Shown: positions 19,833 through 30,419, numbered from the stretch's first letter. The stretch: 64,000 nt of DNA from Chthonomonadales bacterium (GCA_037443035.1 JBBIPC010000010.1:44276-108275), one strand, 5' to 3'. Numbers and translations: made by a program. Notes: a model not told the origin generated them from the letters alone.

Positions 19833-22466
19833 TCATCGCACACGCAGGAGGCGCACTTCTCCACGCTGTAGCGGGAGTGTCAGTTCCTTCCCTGAGGATA
19901 GCACGCGGCCAGTCAACAGATCTCGCACGTTTGCCGGTTTGCGGAGGTGAACGGTCAGAGGGCCAGTCTCCAAGGCTTCGATTGCCAGCACAGGTCCGCT
20001 GCTCCACACCCCAGCGTTGTGCTCTGTGTAGAGGTGGACACCGGCCGTACGGGCTGCAACTCGGAGCAGATCGGGCGTCATGCCCGGCGCACCGACGAAC
20101 AGGGACCAACCGTCGACTCGCGTGCGCAAGGCCACGGCCACGCTGCCGTCCGGATAGGTTGCCAGCGTCTCCTCCGGCAAGGCGTCTTTGACTGCGAAGA
20201 GGGGTGCCACGCGACGGGGTGTCCCGAAAGCCGTTGTCAGACCCAGGCGGCGCCCTGTCTCTGTTGGAGTGGCGATGGCTTGCTCGGGCGAAACCTGTGC
20301 GCATTCGAAGCCAGTGAGCTCCCGCATGGCCTGCAACGAGATGCCGCTACTCTCGCATGCGCCAGGAGCGTAGCACCACATACGCAGCGCGCCCGCAGTT
20401 CGGTTCAGAATCTGTCTGCGCGTCTGGGCATCGAGCCACCAGGCGTTGTGGAACACGTACATGCGCGCCCGCACCCTGCCGGCTACCACGTCATCCAGGA
20501 GGTACTGCCCGTACGGCGCGCCCATGCGGCCTAGCTGGTGCCTGGCGCCATAGATGATGGGGAATGTTACGTCGTAAGCGCCCGGCGCGACGAGAAGCAT
20601 GGAGCGTTCGTCCATGACCGACGCGACCTCGGGCCGGTACGGTATGGGCTGTTGGAGGAATACCCTGTCCAGTGGCTCGAGCCGCCTCAACAGGGCCCAG
20701 AGCTCCGGGTCGTCGAACCAACCTTCCATGCCGAGGTCCATCCACCAGGTCGCCATATTCCGGGTCGCTTCGTTCGCGATGTTACGCGTGAGGACCTGGG
20801 TTGTCTCGTAGAGGTTGGCGCAACGTGCGATGGCATCAGGAGTATCGGGGCTTTCGTGAGTACGGGTGTCGTCTTCCTGAAGCCACATCTTAGTGCCGGT
20901 GAGGGGAACGCTCTCTGCCGCGGACATAACGGGACCGGTCTGTGCGAAACCCCGGTCGCCATAGGAGATCGGCGAACAGAGAACGTCTATATCGGGACAC
21001 TCGAGGACACGACGCATGGCGTAATGGCCTGAAGTGGCAGGGCCGAGGTGCACACCGCCGAACTCATAGGCGTAGCCATAGAAGAACACGACGAGTTTGC
21101 GGCCCCTGGAAGCCTGTCGCACGGCCCGGGCAATTTCGCAGACCAGATCAGCCATGGCATGCTGCTGGTACTCAGCGAAGTCTACGAGCATGCGCTCCGA
21201 AGCCGGATCTCGGAGCACGCCATTAGGAGCAGCCCTTCGGACAGCGGGTGGTGGCACCACCACGTCGGCAAGCCGCGCCTCAGGATCCTTCCAGGCAGCT
21301 TGCAGATTCGCGTCGGACCGGTACCGCCTCCTCAGCCAGTCACGGAATCCGGCCTGATCCGCCGGTGCATAGCCGTTCAGCAAACTGCCCCATGTTTCTT
21401 CATAGAACCACTCGCCCGTGTTCTGGCCACAGGGATGGTAGCCGGCCATGTGGTCGCCGTAGCGGCTCTCGAGGTGGGCCACCAGCGCAGCTGCTCGGGC
21501 CGCAGCATCCGTCCTGTACCTAGGAGATGCTGGCACAGCCGTATGACGTCGAACCCCATTCTCCCAGACCATCATAGCCTCGGGGTATTCCTGCGCCCAC
21601 CAGGATGGCGGATCCAGTCCAAAACGCGGTAGAAGCAAGGCCCGCGGGTTGGCCTTCAGCACCCGATCGCATTCAGCGTCTACGGCGGTCCAGTCCTCGG
21701 CCTCACCTGGACGAGGCCATGGGGTGGGCACGATGAAGCTTACGAAGTGGACGTCAGCGTCAGCCGCCAGACGAATCTGGCTTTCGTAGCGGCTTGGTGG
21801 ACCTCCGAGGTGAATGAACGTAGGGCCGGGGCGGTAGAAGTTGACAGATAGCATTCGAGGAGGATCGGCGCGGCACCAGAGAGAGACCTTGTAGGTACGA
21901 CCACGTTCGATCTGCAGGTTCGGTATGCGATAGATGTGGAAGTCGGGCCATGGGCCGCTCACCGGTTCGCGCAAGCGGACGTGCATGGCAGCCGAATTGC
22001 CCTCGCCTCCATCGGCTGAGACCTCCACTGCGCCCACAGTATTCCGCTCACCGAACGGCCATACGACCCAGTCCTTGTCCAGCGATGTCCGACCGCTCTC
22101 GAACGTGGCGCGAGGTAGGACAACAGCGCCGGACTCGCCATCCCGCACCTCGACGTTGTCTATCCAGATGTCCCCCGCTCGCTGGCCGAAGCGGAAGTGC
22201 ATCGTTCCATCGCCTGGTGCGCTGCTGGAAGCTACGAACTCGAATTCGATCCGCTTGCCCTCCGGTCCCACCGAGATAGGACTGCTCCCGGGACCTCCGA
22301 AGAACATCCTGGCCCGGACTGGCTTGCCATTCACCAGAATGCGCGGCGCACCGTTGTGGACCGCAACTCGTACGGTGAGTTCGGCACTAGCTGACATGGT
22401 CATGACTGCAACTCCCAAGCACGACAGAGCAGACCCTGCCGCACGTCGCCCCGTTGTCCAGTGCAT
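19833..22466 (-). CDS. Secreted GH42/clan-A-like glycoside hydrolase with inserted CBM4/9-like domain
   Basis: Signal-like N-terminus; jelly-roll insert (IWIDNVEV, RTYKVSLW); GQNTGEWFY, FRDWLRRRY...L..AW, DVLCSPISY, EDDTRT; start uncertain. Confidence 0.65.
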   Translation of the reverse strand: MHWTTGRRAAGSALSCLGVAVMTMSASAELTVRVAVHNGAPRILVNGKPVRARMFFGGPGSSPISVGPEGKRIEFEFVASSSAPGDGTMHFRFGQRAGDIWIDNVEVRDGESGAVVLPRATFESGRTSLDKDWVVWPFGERNTVGAVEVSADGGEGNSAAMHVRLREPVSGPWPDFHIYRIPNLQIERGRTYKVSLWCRADPPRMLSVNFYRPGPTFIHLGGPPSRYESQIRLAADADVHFVSFIVPTPWPRPGEAEDWTAVDAECDRVLKANPRALLLPRFGLDPPSWWAQEYPEAMMVWENGVRRHTAVPASPRYRTDAAARAAALVAHLESRYGDHMAGYHPCGQNTGEWFYEETWGSLLNGYAPADQAGFRDWLRRRYRSDANLQAAWKDPEARLADVVVPPPAVRRAAPNGVLRDPASERMLVDFAEYQQHAMADLVCEIARAVRQASRGRKLVVFFYGYAYEFGGVHLGPATSGHYAMRRVLECPDIDVLCSPISYGDRGFAQTGPVMSAAESVPLTGTKMWLQEDDTRTHESPDTPDAIARCANLYETTQVLTRNIANEATRNMATWWMDLGMEGWFDDPELWALLRRLEPLDRVFLQQPIPYRPEVASVMDERSMLLVAPGAYDVTFPIIYGARHQLGRMGAPYGQYLLDDVVAGRVRARMYVFHNAWWLDAQTRRQILNRTAGALRMWCYAPGACESSGISLQAMRELTGFECAQVSPEQAIATPTETGRRLGLTTAFGTPRRVAPLFAVKDALPEETLATYPDGSVAVALRTRVDGWSLFVGAPGMTPDLLRVAARTAGVHLYTEHNAGVWSSGPVLAIEALETGPLTVHLRKPANVRDLLTGRVLSSGKELTLPLQRGEVRLLRVR

Positions 22467-22745
22467 TCGCGAGACCACCCCCCTACTCTCGCGGCATGCA
22501 GCCGCGCTAGTGGATAGTTCCGTGCCGCTGCACGCTTTCTCCTGCTGACGCGACACCGATTCGTCCCGGCGGGCGGCCCGACATTGCCCAATGGATATGA
22601 AGCAGGATTCCACTGGCCTGGTAGAGTACTGATAGACGGACTGCTCTGTTCGTGAAGGAACCGTGGCTCAGCCAACCGCGCATCCCTGGCCACGCGAAGC
22701 AGTCCGGGGAACTGTCCGCTGGCATTGCGCTGAGGAGTCTGTGCT

Positions 22746-24950
22746 GTGCGACGAGTAGTAGCCACGGTCAGGCTGCCGTTGGCGTTGGCAGCCGTCTTCT
22801 GCGTGCTCGTTGTGGGCACCCTCCTTGGCGCACGCCATTTCTACCAACGCCAACGGGACGCGATCCGCGAATCCCGCGTTCTGCAGGTCCAGGGCACGAC
22901 GAACCTCCAGGCAGACCGTATCAACGGCTGGCTGGACCAAGCACGACAGGATGCGAGCCTCGTCGCTCTGGCCACGGCGCGGTTTCTGCGGGACGCTCCT
23001 GCGCAGGAGCGTGTGCGCCTAGTGCAGTCGGCTCGTATCTGGGCGGAAGCTCTCCAGGTGAACCGAGGTTACGTGTCAGTGCACTTGCTGGACGCCCAAG
23101 GCAACGTGCTACTGCACCAGCCGTCACAGCCTCACGCGGACCCGGTGGAGCTCAGATGGCTAGCTCAGGAAGCCATCGCTGCTGGCTTGCCGGTGAGCCA
23201 CGGTCTGCAGGACGGCCCACGCGGACCATCCTTCAGGGTCGCGGCCCCAATCTGGCGCGCGGAAGCGCCCAGCAAGGTGGTTGGGGCGGTCGTGCTGGTC
23301 ACAGATCCCCAACAAAGCTTGTTCAGATTGCTCGCCGGCCAATCTCAGACCAGTCATACGTGGGAGACGCTGCTGGTTCAGACACCCGACCTGCGGTGCG
23401 TCGTACTTCGCACGAGCGGGCCCCAGCCGGTCCGGCGCACCGTGAAGCCGATTCCTGCCAACGATACCATCTTGTCGCAAGCCGTGATGGGACGAACGGG
23501 TCACCTCTACGGCGAGGATGACCGTGGCAGGGTCTGCCTGGCGCAGATCGTGCCACTCGAACAACCCGGCTGGCTTCTCGTCGGTCGGGAAAGCATGGAG
23601 GAAACGGATCGGCTTCTCCGCGCCTTCATCATCCCGTGGATAACAGCGGTGATCGCTCTCATCATGGTGTGCTTCGCTGTTCTCTTGGCCGTCTGGCAGC
23701 GGCAGACGCGCCGATATTACCAGCAGCTACTCGAGGAGGAGGTACGCCGGAGCGCCATGGCCAACAAGCTGGCAGAGTCGGAGATTCTGCTCCGGACAGT
23801 CTTGGATACGGTTCCCCAACGCGTTTTCTGGAAAGATCGCAAGAGTCGCTACCTGGGATGCAATCTCCCCTTTGCCAAAGACGCAGGTCGGGAAAGACCA
23901 GAGGAATTGCTGGGCGAAGATGACTATGCCATGGCATGGCATGCTAACGCTGAGCTGTACCGCGAGGATGATCGTCAGGTGATGGAGAGCGGCCAGGCGA
24001 AGCTCGCCTACGAAGAACCGCAGGACATTCCTAATGGACGCCGTCGCTGGCTGCGCACCAGCAAGGTCCCACTGAAGAACGACCGAGGAGAGATCGTCGG
24101 CGTGCTGGGAACCTACGAGGACATCACGAAGGAGAAGCTGAACCTTGAGCAGCTCGAGGAGGCCAAGCGAGACCTCGAGGAGAAGAATCGAGAGCTGACC
24201 GAACTCCTCCACTTCGTGTCTCACGACCTGCGAAGCCCGCTCGTCACCGTGTCTAGCTTTGCGGAGGAAGTGGAAGCCGATGTCGAAGCGCTGAGGGGGC
24301 TCCTCGAGGGTCTCTCTGTGCCGGCGGAGCGTGCGAACAGGATCCGCGCGCTGACCGACAGCAATCTTCCACGGTCCACCACGTTCATCCTCGATGCGGC
24401 GAAGACCATGGGCAGGCTTCTAGATGGCGTCCTGACGATCTCGCGCTACGGCCGCGCGACCTATCGGTCCGAGCCTGTCGACATGGCGATGCTCGTGCGC
24501 AGAGTGGTGGATGCGATGGATCAGGAAATCAGGAGTGCCGGGGCAGCAGTGGAGGTTGGGGAGCTTCCCCCGTGCCTTGGCGATGCGGAGCGTCTCGAAC
24601 ATGTCGTCAGGAATCTTCTGTCGAACGCTCTGAAGTACCGCGATCCGAACCGGCGGTGCCAAGTCCGTGTTTCCGGAAGTCCTCAGGGCCGCTACGTGAT
24701 ATACTGTATGGAGGACAACGGAATCGGCATACCTTCAGACAAGGTCGAGAAGGTGTTCGAGATGTTCGTACGCGCGGCACCCGACGACATTCCTGGAGAG
24801 GGTCTGGGGCTCGCGAGTGTGCGGGTCATTGTCGGTAGGCATGGTGGACGCTGCTGGATCGAATCGCAAGAAGGCAAGAGTACACGCGTCTGCTTCACGG
24901 TGCCGGCAGTCAGCGAGGCAGATGAGGTTGCGCTGAGGGAGCCCAGATGA
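22746..24950 (+). CDS. Membrane sensor histidine kinase (TM-Cache-like-TM-PAS/PAC-HisKA-HATPase)
   Basis: Two TMs; VFWKD..SRYLGCN; SHDLRSPL; NLLSNALKY, EDNGIGI, GEGLGL. Confidence 0.92.
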   Translation: MRRVVATVRLPLALAAVFCVLVVGTLLGARHFYQRQRDAIRESRVLQVQGTTNLQADRINGWLDQARQDASLVALATARFLRDAPAQERVRLVQSARIWAEALQVNRGYVSVHLLDAQGNVLLHQPSQPHADPVELRWLAQEAIAAGLPVSHGLQDGPRGPSFRVAAPIWRAEAPSKVVGAVVLVTDPQQSLFRLLAGQSQTSHTWETLLVQTPDLRCVVLRTSGPQPVRRTVKPIPANDTILSQAVMGRTGHLYGEDDRGRVCLAQIVPLEQPGWLLVGRESMEETDRLLRAFIIPWITAVIALIMVCFAVLLAVWQRQTRRYYQQLLEEEVRRSAMANKLAESEILLRTVLDTVPQRVFWKDRKSRYLGCNLPFAKDAGRERPEELLGEDDYAMAWHANAELYREDDRQVMESGQAKLAYEEPQDIPNGRRRWLRTSKVPLKNDRGEIVGVLGTYEDITKEKLNLEQLEEAKRDLEEKNRELTELLHFVSHDLRSPLVTVSSFAEEVEADVEALRGLLEGLSVPAERANRIRALTDSNLPRSTTFILDAAKTMGRLLDGVLTISRYGRATYRSEPVDMAMLVRRVVDAMDQEIRSAGAAVEVGELPPCLGDAERLEHVVRNLLSNALKYRDPNRRCQVRVSGSPQGRYVIYCMEDNGIGIPSDKVEKVFEMFVRAAPDDIPGEGLGLASVRVIVGRHGGRCWIESQEGKSTRVCFTVPAVSEADEVALREPR

Positions 24951-25390
24951 ACATACTCGAGACGACGGTCCTTATCGCCGAAGACAACGATGCTCACGCA
25001 GCGCTGATCAGCTCCAACCTGCAGCGGGCTGGTCTCGTCAATCCTATGCTGCGGTTCAAGGATGGAGACGAAGTGCTGCGTTATCTCGACAACGATGCCG
25101 TGAGGGGCGGTTCCTACATCTTGCTGCTCGACATCAAGATGCCCAGAACGGACGGCGTGGAGGTCCTGCGCCGGGTGAAGGCTTCGCCAGTGCTCCGTCG
25201 CGTGCCCGTCATCATCTTGACGACTACGGATGATCCGCATGAGGTGGCACGCTGCCACGATATAGGATGCAGCAGTTACGTTACGAAGCCTGTAGACCCC
25301 GATAAGTTTCGGGAAGCCATCCAGACGCTAGGCCTGTTCCTCATGGTGGTGGAGGTTCCCGAGGTAGACGGGCAGGCCGGCCTGGCATGA
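24947..25390 (+). CDS. Single-domain response regulator
   Basis: LIAEDN, LLLDIKMP, IILTTT, YVTKP; ATGA-coupled on both sides. Confidence 0.92.
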   Translation: MNILETTVLIAEDNDAHAALISSNLQRAGLVNPMLRFKDGDEVLRYLDNDAVRGGSYILLLDIKMPRTDGVEVLRRVKASPVLRRVPVIILTTTDDPHEVARCHDIGCSSYVTKPVDPDKFREAIQTLGLFLMVVEVPEVDGQAGLA

Positions 25391-28300
25391 GTCACCACGA
25401 GCCGCAAGTCCCTGTCAGCACCGCAGTGCCTGGGGCCGAAGGCGTTGTCGCCATTGTGGTGGACGACGATGCGGGGGTCCGTGCCAGCGTCATGACCCTG
25501 CTGGAACGACACGCGGTCACCAGCATGGCCGCCGCGACGTGCGACGAGGGGATGCGCCTGGCCGCGGAGGCTCGGCCCGAACTGGCGATCCTCGACTATG
25601 CGTTAGGCGATCGCACGGGATTCGAGGTGCTCGCATTCATGTCGGGCCTGTCCGGTCCGCCGGTAACTATCATCCTCACTGGCCACAGCTCCGAGGAAGT
25701 GGCGATCGAGGCGCTCAGGGCGGGCGCCTTCGATTACGTGGTCAAGGACCCGGCCACGATGGATGTACGCCTGGGCGCGGCAGTGCGTCGGGCGCTGCGG
25801 CACATTGCGGATCGGCGAAGAATCGAGCGGCGTCAGCAGGACCTCGAGATGCGGGAACAGCAGTTCCGATCGCTCTACGAGTTCGCGCCTCTGCCGACGC
25901 ACACTCTGGATGCCGAAGGCCGAATCCTGCGTGCGAACCTGGCTTGGAGAGAGCTTCTCGGTTTCACCGATGAAGAAGTCAGGGGTCAGCCGTTCAAGGA
26001 CTTCGTCGAACCTAGCGATCGGGAAAAGTGTCAGCAGATGCTCTGCGAACTGGTCCAGAGCCGCGGACGGGGATCGCTAGAACTTACCCTCACCGCCCGG
26101 AACGGTGCACGCAGAGTCGTCTCGGTCGTAGCATGCGCAGTGGTAGCAGGCGGCACTGTGTCCGTCCACTGTGTGCTCCGGGACCTCACGGCGGAGAGGG
26201 CTGCGATTGAGACAGCGGCGGAACGTTCTCGCGAGCTGCAGCAGTTCCTCGACACTGCGCAAGAAGGGATCTGGCTCTGCGATGTCGAGCAGCGCACCAC
26301 GTGGGTCAACGAGCGAATGGCGCAGATGCTCGGCTACACGCCGGCGGAGATGGTCGGAAGGCGGGTCACAGAGTTCGTGGTGCCCGAGGAGCGGGAAGAT
26401 CAACTGCGGCGGAGCGCGATACGCGAGTCCGGTCTCGCCGAGAGCTTCCTGCGGAGAGTAATTGCTAAGGACGGCACCATCCGCACGTTTCTCGTCTCCG
26501 TAACGGCCAGCATGGACGTGGGCGGCAAGTACCGCGGCTCCTTCGCCATGTTGACGGAGGTGACGCATCAGGAAGAGCTTCTCAGGGAGTTGCAGGCGCA
26601 GCGCGCTCGGTTGGCCAGCGTGCTCATGGCGGCCCCTGACGGCATTGGCCTTGTCAAGGATCGCGTTATCCTGGAGGCGAACGACGCCCTGTGCCAGATG
26701 GTTGGTCGAACGCGCGAAGAACTCGTTGGCAAGAGCGCGCGCATCCTGTATCCGACGGACGAGGACTTCGAGTACGTTGGGCGGGAGAAATACGCCCAGA
26801 TCGCACGCGAGGGCTCGGGCCGAGTGGAGACGCGGTTCCTGCGGGCCGATGGAACCGTTCGGGACGTGCTGCTCAGTTCGACCTATGCCGATCCCGACGA
26901 TCACTCCAAGGGTCTGACATTCGTCGCAGTGGACATCACGGACCGCAAGCGGCAGGAAACGCGCCTGCGGGAGATTCTGCGGCAACTGCAGGCGACGTTC
27001 TCAGCGGTGCCTGACTCGGTCCTGCTCCTCGACAGTGATCAGCGGATCATCCGGGCCAACCAAGCTACGGCTAACCGATTGGGGACCACAGTCAAAGAAC
27101 TGGAGGGACGACACTGCTTCGAGGTGGTTCATGAGCTGCAAGGTCCCCACCCCCAGTGTCCGTTCTGTCTGTTAGGCCAGTCTGGCGCGACCATGGAGTG
27201 CCGGCTGCGTGAGCCGAGAATGGGCGGGTGGTTCGATATCTCCATCACACCCGTCATGGCTGATGACGGGACAGTCTCGCACTATATTCACGTGGCGCGC
27301 GACGTGACTCCCTTGGTACGCCACATACAGTGGCTCGAAGCCCTCCACGAGCTAGCCACAACCAGCTTCGAAAGTGACAAGGATCTTATCGGCTTCGCTT
27401 TGGAGCAATGCGTACGCTTGACCGAGAGCCGGTACGGCTACCTGCATTTTGTCGAATCGGACGAAGTCAATATGGAGTTGTTCGCGTGGAACGAGGCAGC
27501 TCGGAAGGACTGTACCGCGCCTGTCACTCGGAAGTACCCGCTGCGCGAAGCCGGCGTGTGGGCCGATGCGGTACGCACGCGGGAACCCCAGATCCACAAC
27601 GACTACCAGGAATTGCCCGAGAAACACGGGTACCCGGAGGGGCATCCGCATATCGTGCGGCACATGAGTGTGCCGGTAGTGGAGGAGGGGAAGGTCGTCC
27701 TGGTCTGTGGCGTCGCCAACCGACAGACGGAGTACGAGGCGGTCCACGCTGAGGAGATGCAGACCTTTCTGCAGGATGTTTGGAACATCCTCTGCCGGCA
27801 CCGTGCAGAACGGGAGCTGCGTGCGCTGAACGCAGAGCTCAACTTGCGTGTGGAGCAGCGCACCGAAGAGCTGCGGCGCACCAATGTGCAGTTCGATCTC
27901 TATGCCGGTGCAGTGGCGCATCAGCTGGGCAATCGCATCGGTGCGATGGACGGGTACGTGGCGGACCTCGAACGTTTCGAACCGGCCCTGGACGAGGCGG
28001 GAAGGAAGGACCTACATTTCCTTCGGTACACCACCGATCGCCTCAGGGAGATGCTCGACAGCCTCACCCGCTTGGCGCGTCAGACCCGTGGCGAGCTCGA
28101 TCGGACGCCGACGGACCTCAGCCAGATGGCGATACGATTCCTCCAGCGTCAACGCGCGGAGGATCCCACGCGCGCCGTCGAGTGGGAAGTTGCCGATGGC
28201 CTGACGGCTCACTGCGACGGTGCCATGGCAAGACACGTGCTGGAGAACCTCCTCAGTAACGCTTGGAAATACACGAAGGATCGCTCACCTGCACGCATCG

Positions 28301-28569
28301 AGGTGGGCCAGACCCAGCGGAAGGGACGCAACTGGTTCTTTGTCAAGGATAACGGAGCGGGGTGGCCGCAGAGCTTCCAGCAACACTTGTTCACCCCGTT
28401 CAAGCGATACTATCGCACCGACGAGTACCCCGGCGACGGGATCGGGCTGACCATTGTCGAGATGATCATCTTGCGGCATGGGGGATCCATCGAGGCGGAG
28501 TCCGACCTTGACAAGGGGGCCACTTTCTACTTCCACTTCGGCGAGGAGGAGCCGGGCCATGGATTCTGA
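25387..28569 (+). CDS. Cytoplasmic hybrid kinase-like protein (REC-4xPAS-GAF-HisKA-like-HATPase)
   Basis: N-terminal REC; four PAS repeats; GAF (AGVWAD...PEGH); AHQLGN H-box; NLLSNAWKY, KDNGAG, GDGIGL. Confidence 0.9.
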   Translation: MSHHEPQVPVSTAVPGAEGVVAIVVDDDAGVRASVMTLLERHAVTSMAAATCDEGMRLAAEARPELAILDYALGDRTGFEVLAFMSGLSGPPVTIILTGHSSEEVAIEALRAGAFDYVVKDPATMDVRLGAAVRRALRHIADRRRIERRQQDLEMREQQFRSLYEFAPLPTHTLDAEGRILRANLAWRELLGFTDEEVRGQPFKDFVEPSDREKCQQMLCELVQSRGRGSLELTLTARNGARRVVSVVACAVVAGGTVSVHCVLRDLTAERAAIETAAERSRELQQFLDTAQEGIWLCDVEQRTTWVNERMAQMLGYTPAEMVGRRVTEFVVPEEREDQLRRSAIRESGLAESFLRRVIAKDGTIRTFLVSVTASMDVGGKYRGSFAMLTEVTHQEELLRELQAQRARLASVLMAAPDGIGLVKDRVILEANDALCQMVGRTREELVGKSARILYPTDEDFEYVGREKYAQIAREGSGRVETRFLRADGTVRDVLLSSTYADPDDHSKGLTFVAVDITDRKRQETRLREILRQLQATFSAVPDSVLLLDSDQRIIRANQATANRLGTTVKELEGRHCFEVVHELQGPHPQCPFCLLGQSGATMECRLREPRMGGWFDISITPVMADDGTVSHYIHVARDVTPLVRHIQWLEALHELATTSFESDKDLIGFALEQCVRLTESRYGYLHFVESDEVNMELFAWNEAARKDCTAPVTRKYPLREAGVWADAVRTREPQIHNDYQELPEKHGYPEGHPHIVRHMSVPVVEEGKVVLVCGVANRQTEYEAVHAEEMQTFLQDVWNILCRHRAERELRALNAELNLRVEQRTEELRRTNVQFDLYAGAVAHQLGNRIGAMDGYVADLERFEPALDEAGRKDLHFLRYTTDRLREMLDSLTRLARQTRGELDRTPTDLSQMAIRFLQRQRAEDPTRAVEWEVADGLTAHCDGAMARHVLENLLSNAWKYTKDRSPARIEVGQTQRKGRNWFFVKDNGAGWPQSFQQHLFTPFKRYYRTDEYPGDGIGLTIVEMIILRHGGSIEAESDLDKGATFYFHFGEEEPGHGF

Positions 28570-28620
28570 GGGAAGGCGATCCGACTGACGGGAGCAGAGG
28601 AAGAGAGTACGGCCACTGTC

Positions 28621-29361
28621 GTGACGGAATGGTGGGAGGACCTCTTCATCTCCGGAGCCTACCGGATGCTCGAAGAGATCAGCCCGGAACACACAGCGCG
28701 TCAGGTGGACTTCGCACTGGATGTGCTGGGCGTCCGCGCCGGCGATCGCCTCCTGGACGTCGCCTGCGGTATCGGGCGGCATAGCATTCCCTTCGCCGCG
28801 GCAGGACTTGCCGTAATCGGCTTGGATATCTCGCCGGCGTACCTGGCGAAGGCCGCCGAGGCGGGTCGCGCCTACGGAGCGGAGTTCGTTCGAGGGGACA
28901 TGCGGCATCTGCCCGTCAAGGCGGATACCTTCGACGCAGCTGTCAGTCTGTTCACTTCCTTTGGCTATACGGCAGACGATTCCGACGACCAGCGCACATT
29001 CTGCGAAGTTGGCCGTGTGCTACGACCCGGAGGGCGGTTCCTCATTGATACGATGCATCGCGACGCCTTGGTCCGGAGGTTCCAGGAAAGAGACTGGACG
29101 GAGATTCGCGAAGGTGTGCTTCTGGAGCGCCGCCATTGGGACGCGCGCAGGGGGCGAATCGAGGCTGAATGGACATACCTGCGCGGCCAGGGCATCGAGA
29201 AGTACCCCGTCTCCATCCGGATCTATACGTGCTCAGAACTCGAGGCGATGCTGGCACGCGCTGGGCTGGTTATCCACAAGGTTTGGGGGTCCGTGGACGG
29301 CGAACCCCTCACCATGGATAGCTGGCGCATGCTCATTCTTGCTGGGAAAACGCTCTCGTGA
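28621..29361 (+). CDS. Class I SAM-dependent methyltransferase
   Basis: LLDVACGIGRH, GDMR, FDAAVSLFTSFGY, LRPGGRF. Confidence 0.9.
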   Translation: MTEWWEDLFISGAYRMLEEISPEHTARQVDFALDVLGVRAGDRLLDVACGIGRHSIPFAAAGLAVIGLDISPAYLAKAAEAGRAYGAEFVRGDMRHLPVKADTFDAAVSLFTSFGYTADDSDDQRTFCEVGRVLRPGGRFLIDTMHRDALVRRFQERDWTEIREGVLLERRHWDARRGRIEAEWTYLRGQGIEKYPVSIRIYTCSELEAMLARAGLVIHKVWGSVDGEPLTMDSWRMLILAGKTLS

Positions 29362-29363
29362 GA

Positions 29364-30419
29364 CTAGCCACTGCCGCGAGTGCGCTGCTGAGCCGCTCGG
29401 ACTGTCTCCGCTGCCCTGTTGACAACCGCCAGCTCCTCCCCGTCGAGCTGGGAGAATAGGTCCTGTTCTCTCAGGTCGAAAGACCGCCACGGGCGTTCGT
29501 CTGCAGCGCCGCGCGTGGATCCATTGTGCAGGCACCATCCCGCTGCGCCACCTAGCACGGCTCCCTGCAAGTCGGTCAGGAAGTCCTGGGTCAGCGGTTG
29601 CCAGTCACCGTAGCCTCGGCGGAAAGGTTCCTGATAGTGGATCGGTGCCATCCTCCCCACGCGGCGCATGGCGTCCAGGCAGGAGCGAGTCTCCTTCTCC
29701 GTCTGGGCGGGCGAGCCAGCATGCCGCGGTCTGTGCGGGGCTACGAAATCGAGATCTGCTTCGAGGAGTGCCTGCCGGACGTAGTTGTCGTCGAGGTCGT
29801 GGCCACCGAAGGATGCCGTGACGAGAAGCTCCGGAAACATCTTGCGTGCAAGCTGCCGCAGTTGCCGGATTTCGTGGATCGGCACGAAACGGTCATCTGC
29901 CACATCCCTTTCGTTGGCAAGATCCAGGTACCAGTTCCGGTAGGAGCGGAGAGCCCCCACAATGGTCCGGACAGCCTGCTCATGGGAGGCTATGTCACGC
30001 AGACCGCCGGACGTGGCGCCCCTTTTCCTTGTGAGCGTGATATCTACGATCAGACCCCGACGATCGCACTGCCCCACGAGCTTGACAAGACGGTCGAGGT
30101 AGGGCTGCCGCGGCTTGCCGTACGCATCAACGGCGGAAACATCGGCACCTCGGAAGCTCCACGTGGCCCACACTCGCAGCCAGTTGAAGCCTCGTCCTCG
30201 GAGCGCATCGAGGTCCCGACGCAGCGTGTCGTCGGACGCACCGAGACCGCCATAGTAGCTGATCCCGAGTAGGAATGCGGGGCGGTTCTGCAAGGTGAAC
30301 TGCGTGCCACGAATGCCCAACACGGTTCCAGCGGTGCCGATTGGTGCGAGCGGCGTGGCGAAAACGATAGCCGTCGCGAGCGCCATGCCAATCACGGGTG
30401 TGCCTTGACGACAAACCAT
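29364..30419 (-). CDS. Secreted TIM-barrel protein, GH5/clan-A-like
   Basis: Signal peptide; FLLGISYY, GFNWLRVW, DLANE (acid/base-like), APH, YQEP, GWCLH. Confidence 0.6.
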   Translation of the reverse strand: MVCRQGTPVIGMALATAIVFATPLAPIGTAGTVLGIRGTQFTLQNRPAFLLGISYYGGLGASDDTLRRDLDALRGRGFNWLRVWATWSFRGADVSAVDAYGKPRQPYLDRLVKLVGQCDRRGLIVDITLTRKRGATSGGLRDIASHEQAVRTIVGALRSYRNWYLDLANERDVADDRFVPIHEIRQLRQLARKMFPELLVTASFGGHDLDDNYVRQALLEADLDFVAPHRPRHAGSPAQTEKETRSCLDAMRRVGRMAPIHYQEPFRRGYGDWQPLTQDFLTDLQGAVLGGAAGWCLHNGSTRGAADERPWRSFDLREQDLFSQLDGEELAVVNRAAETVRAAQQRTRGSG

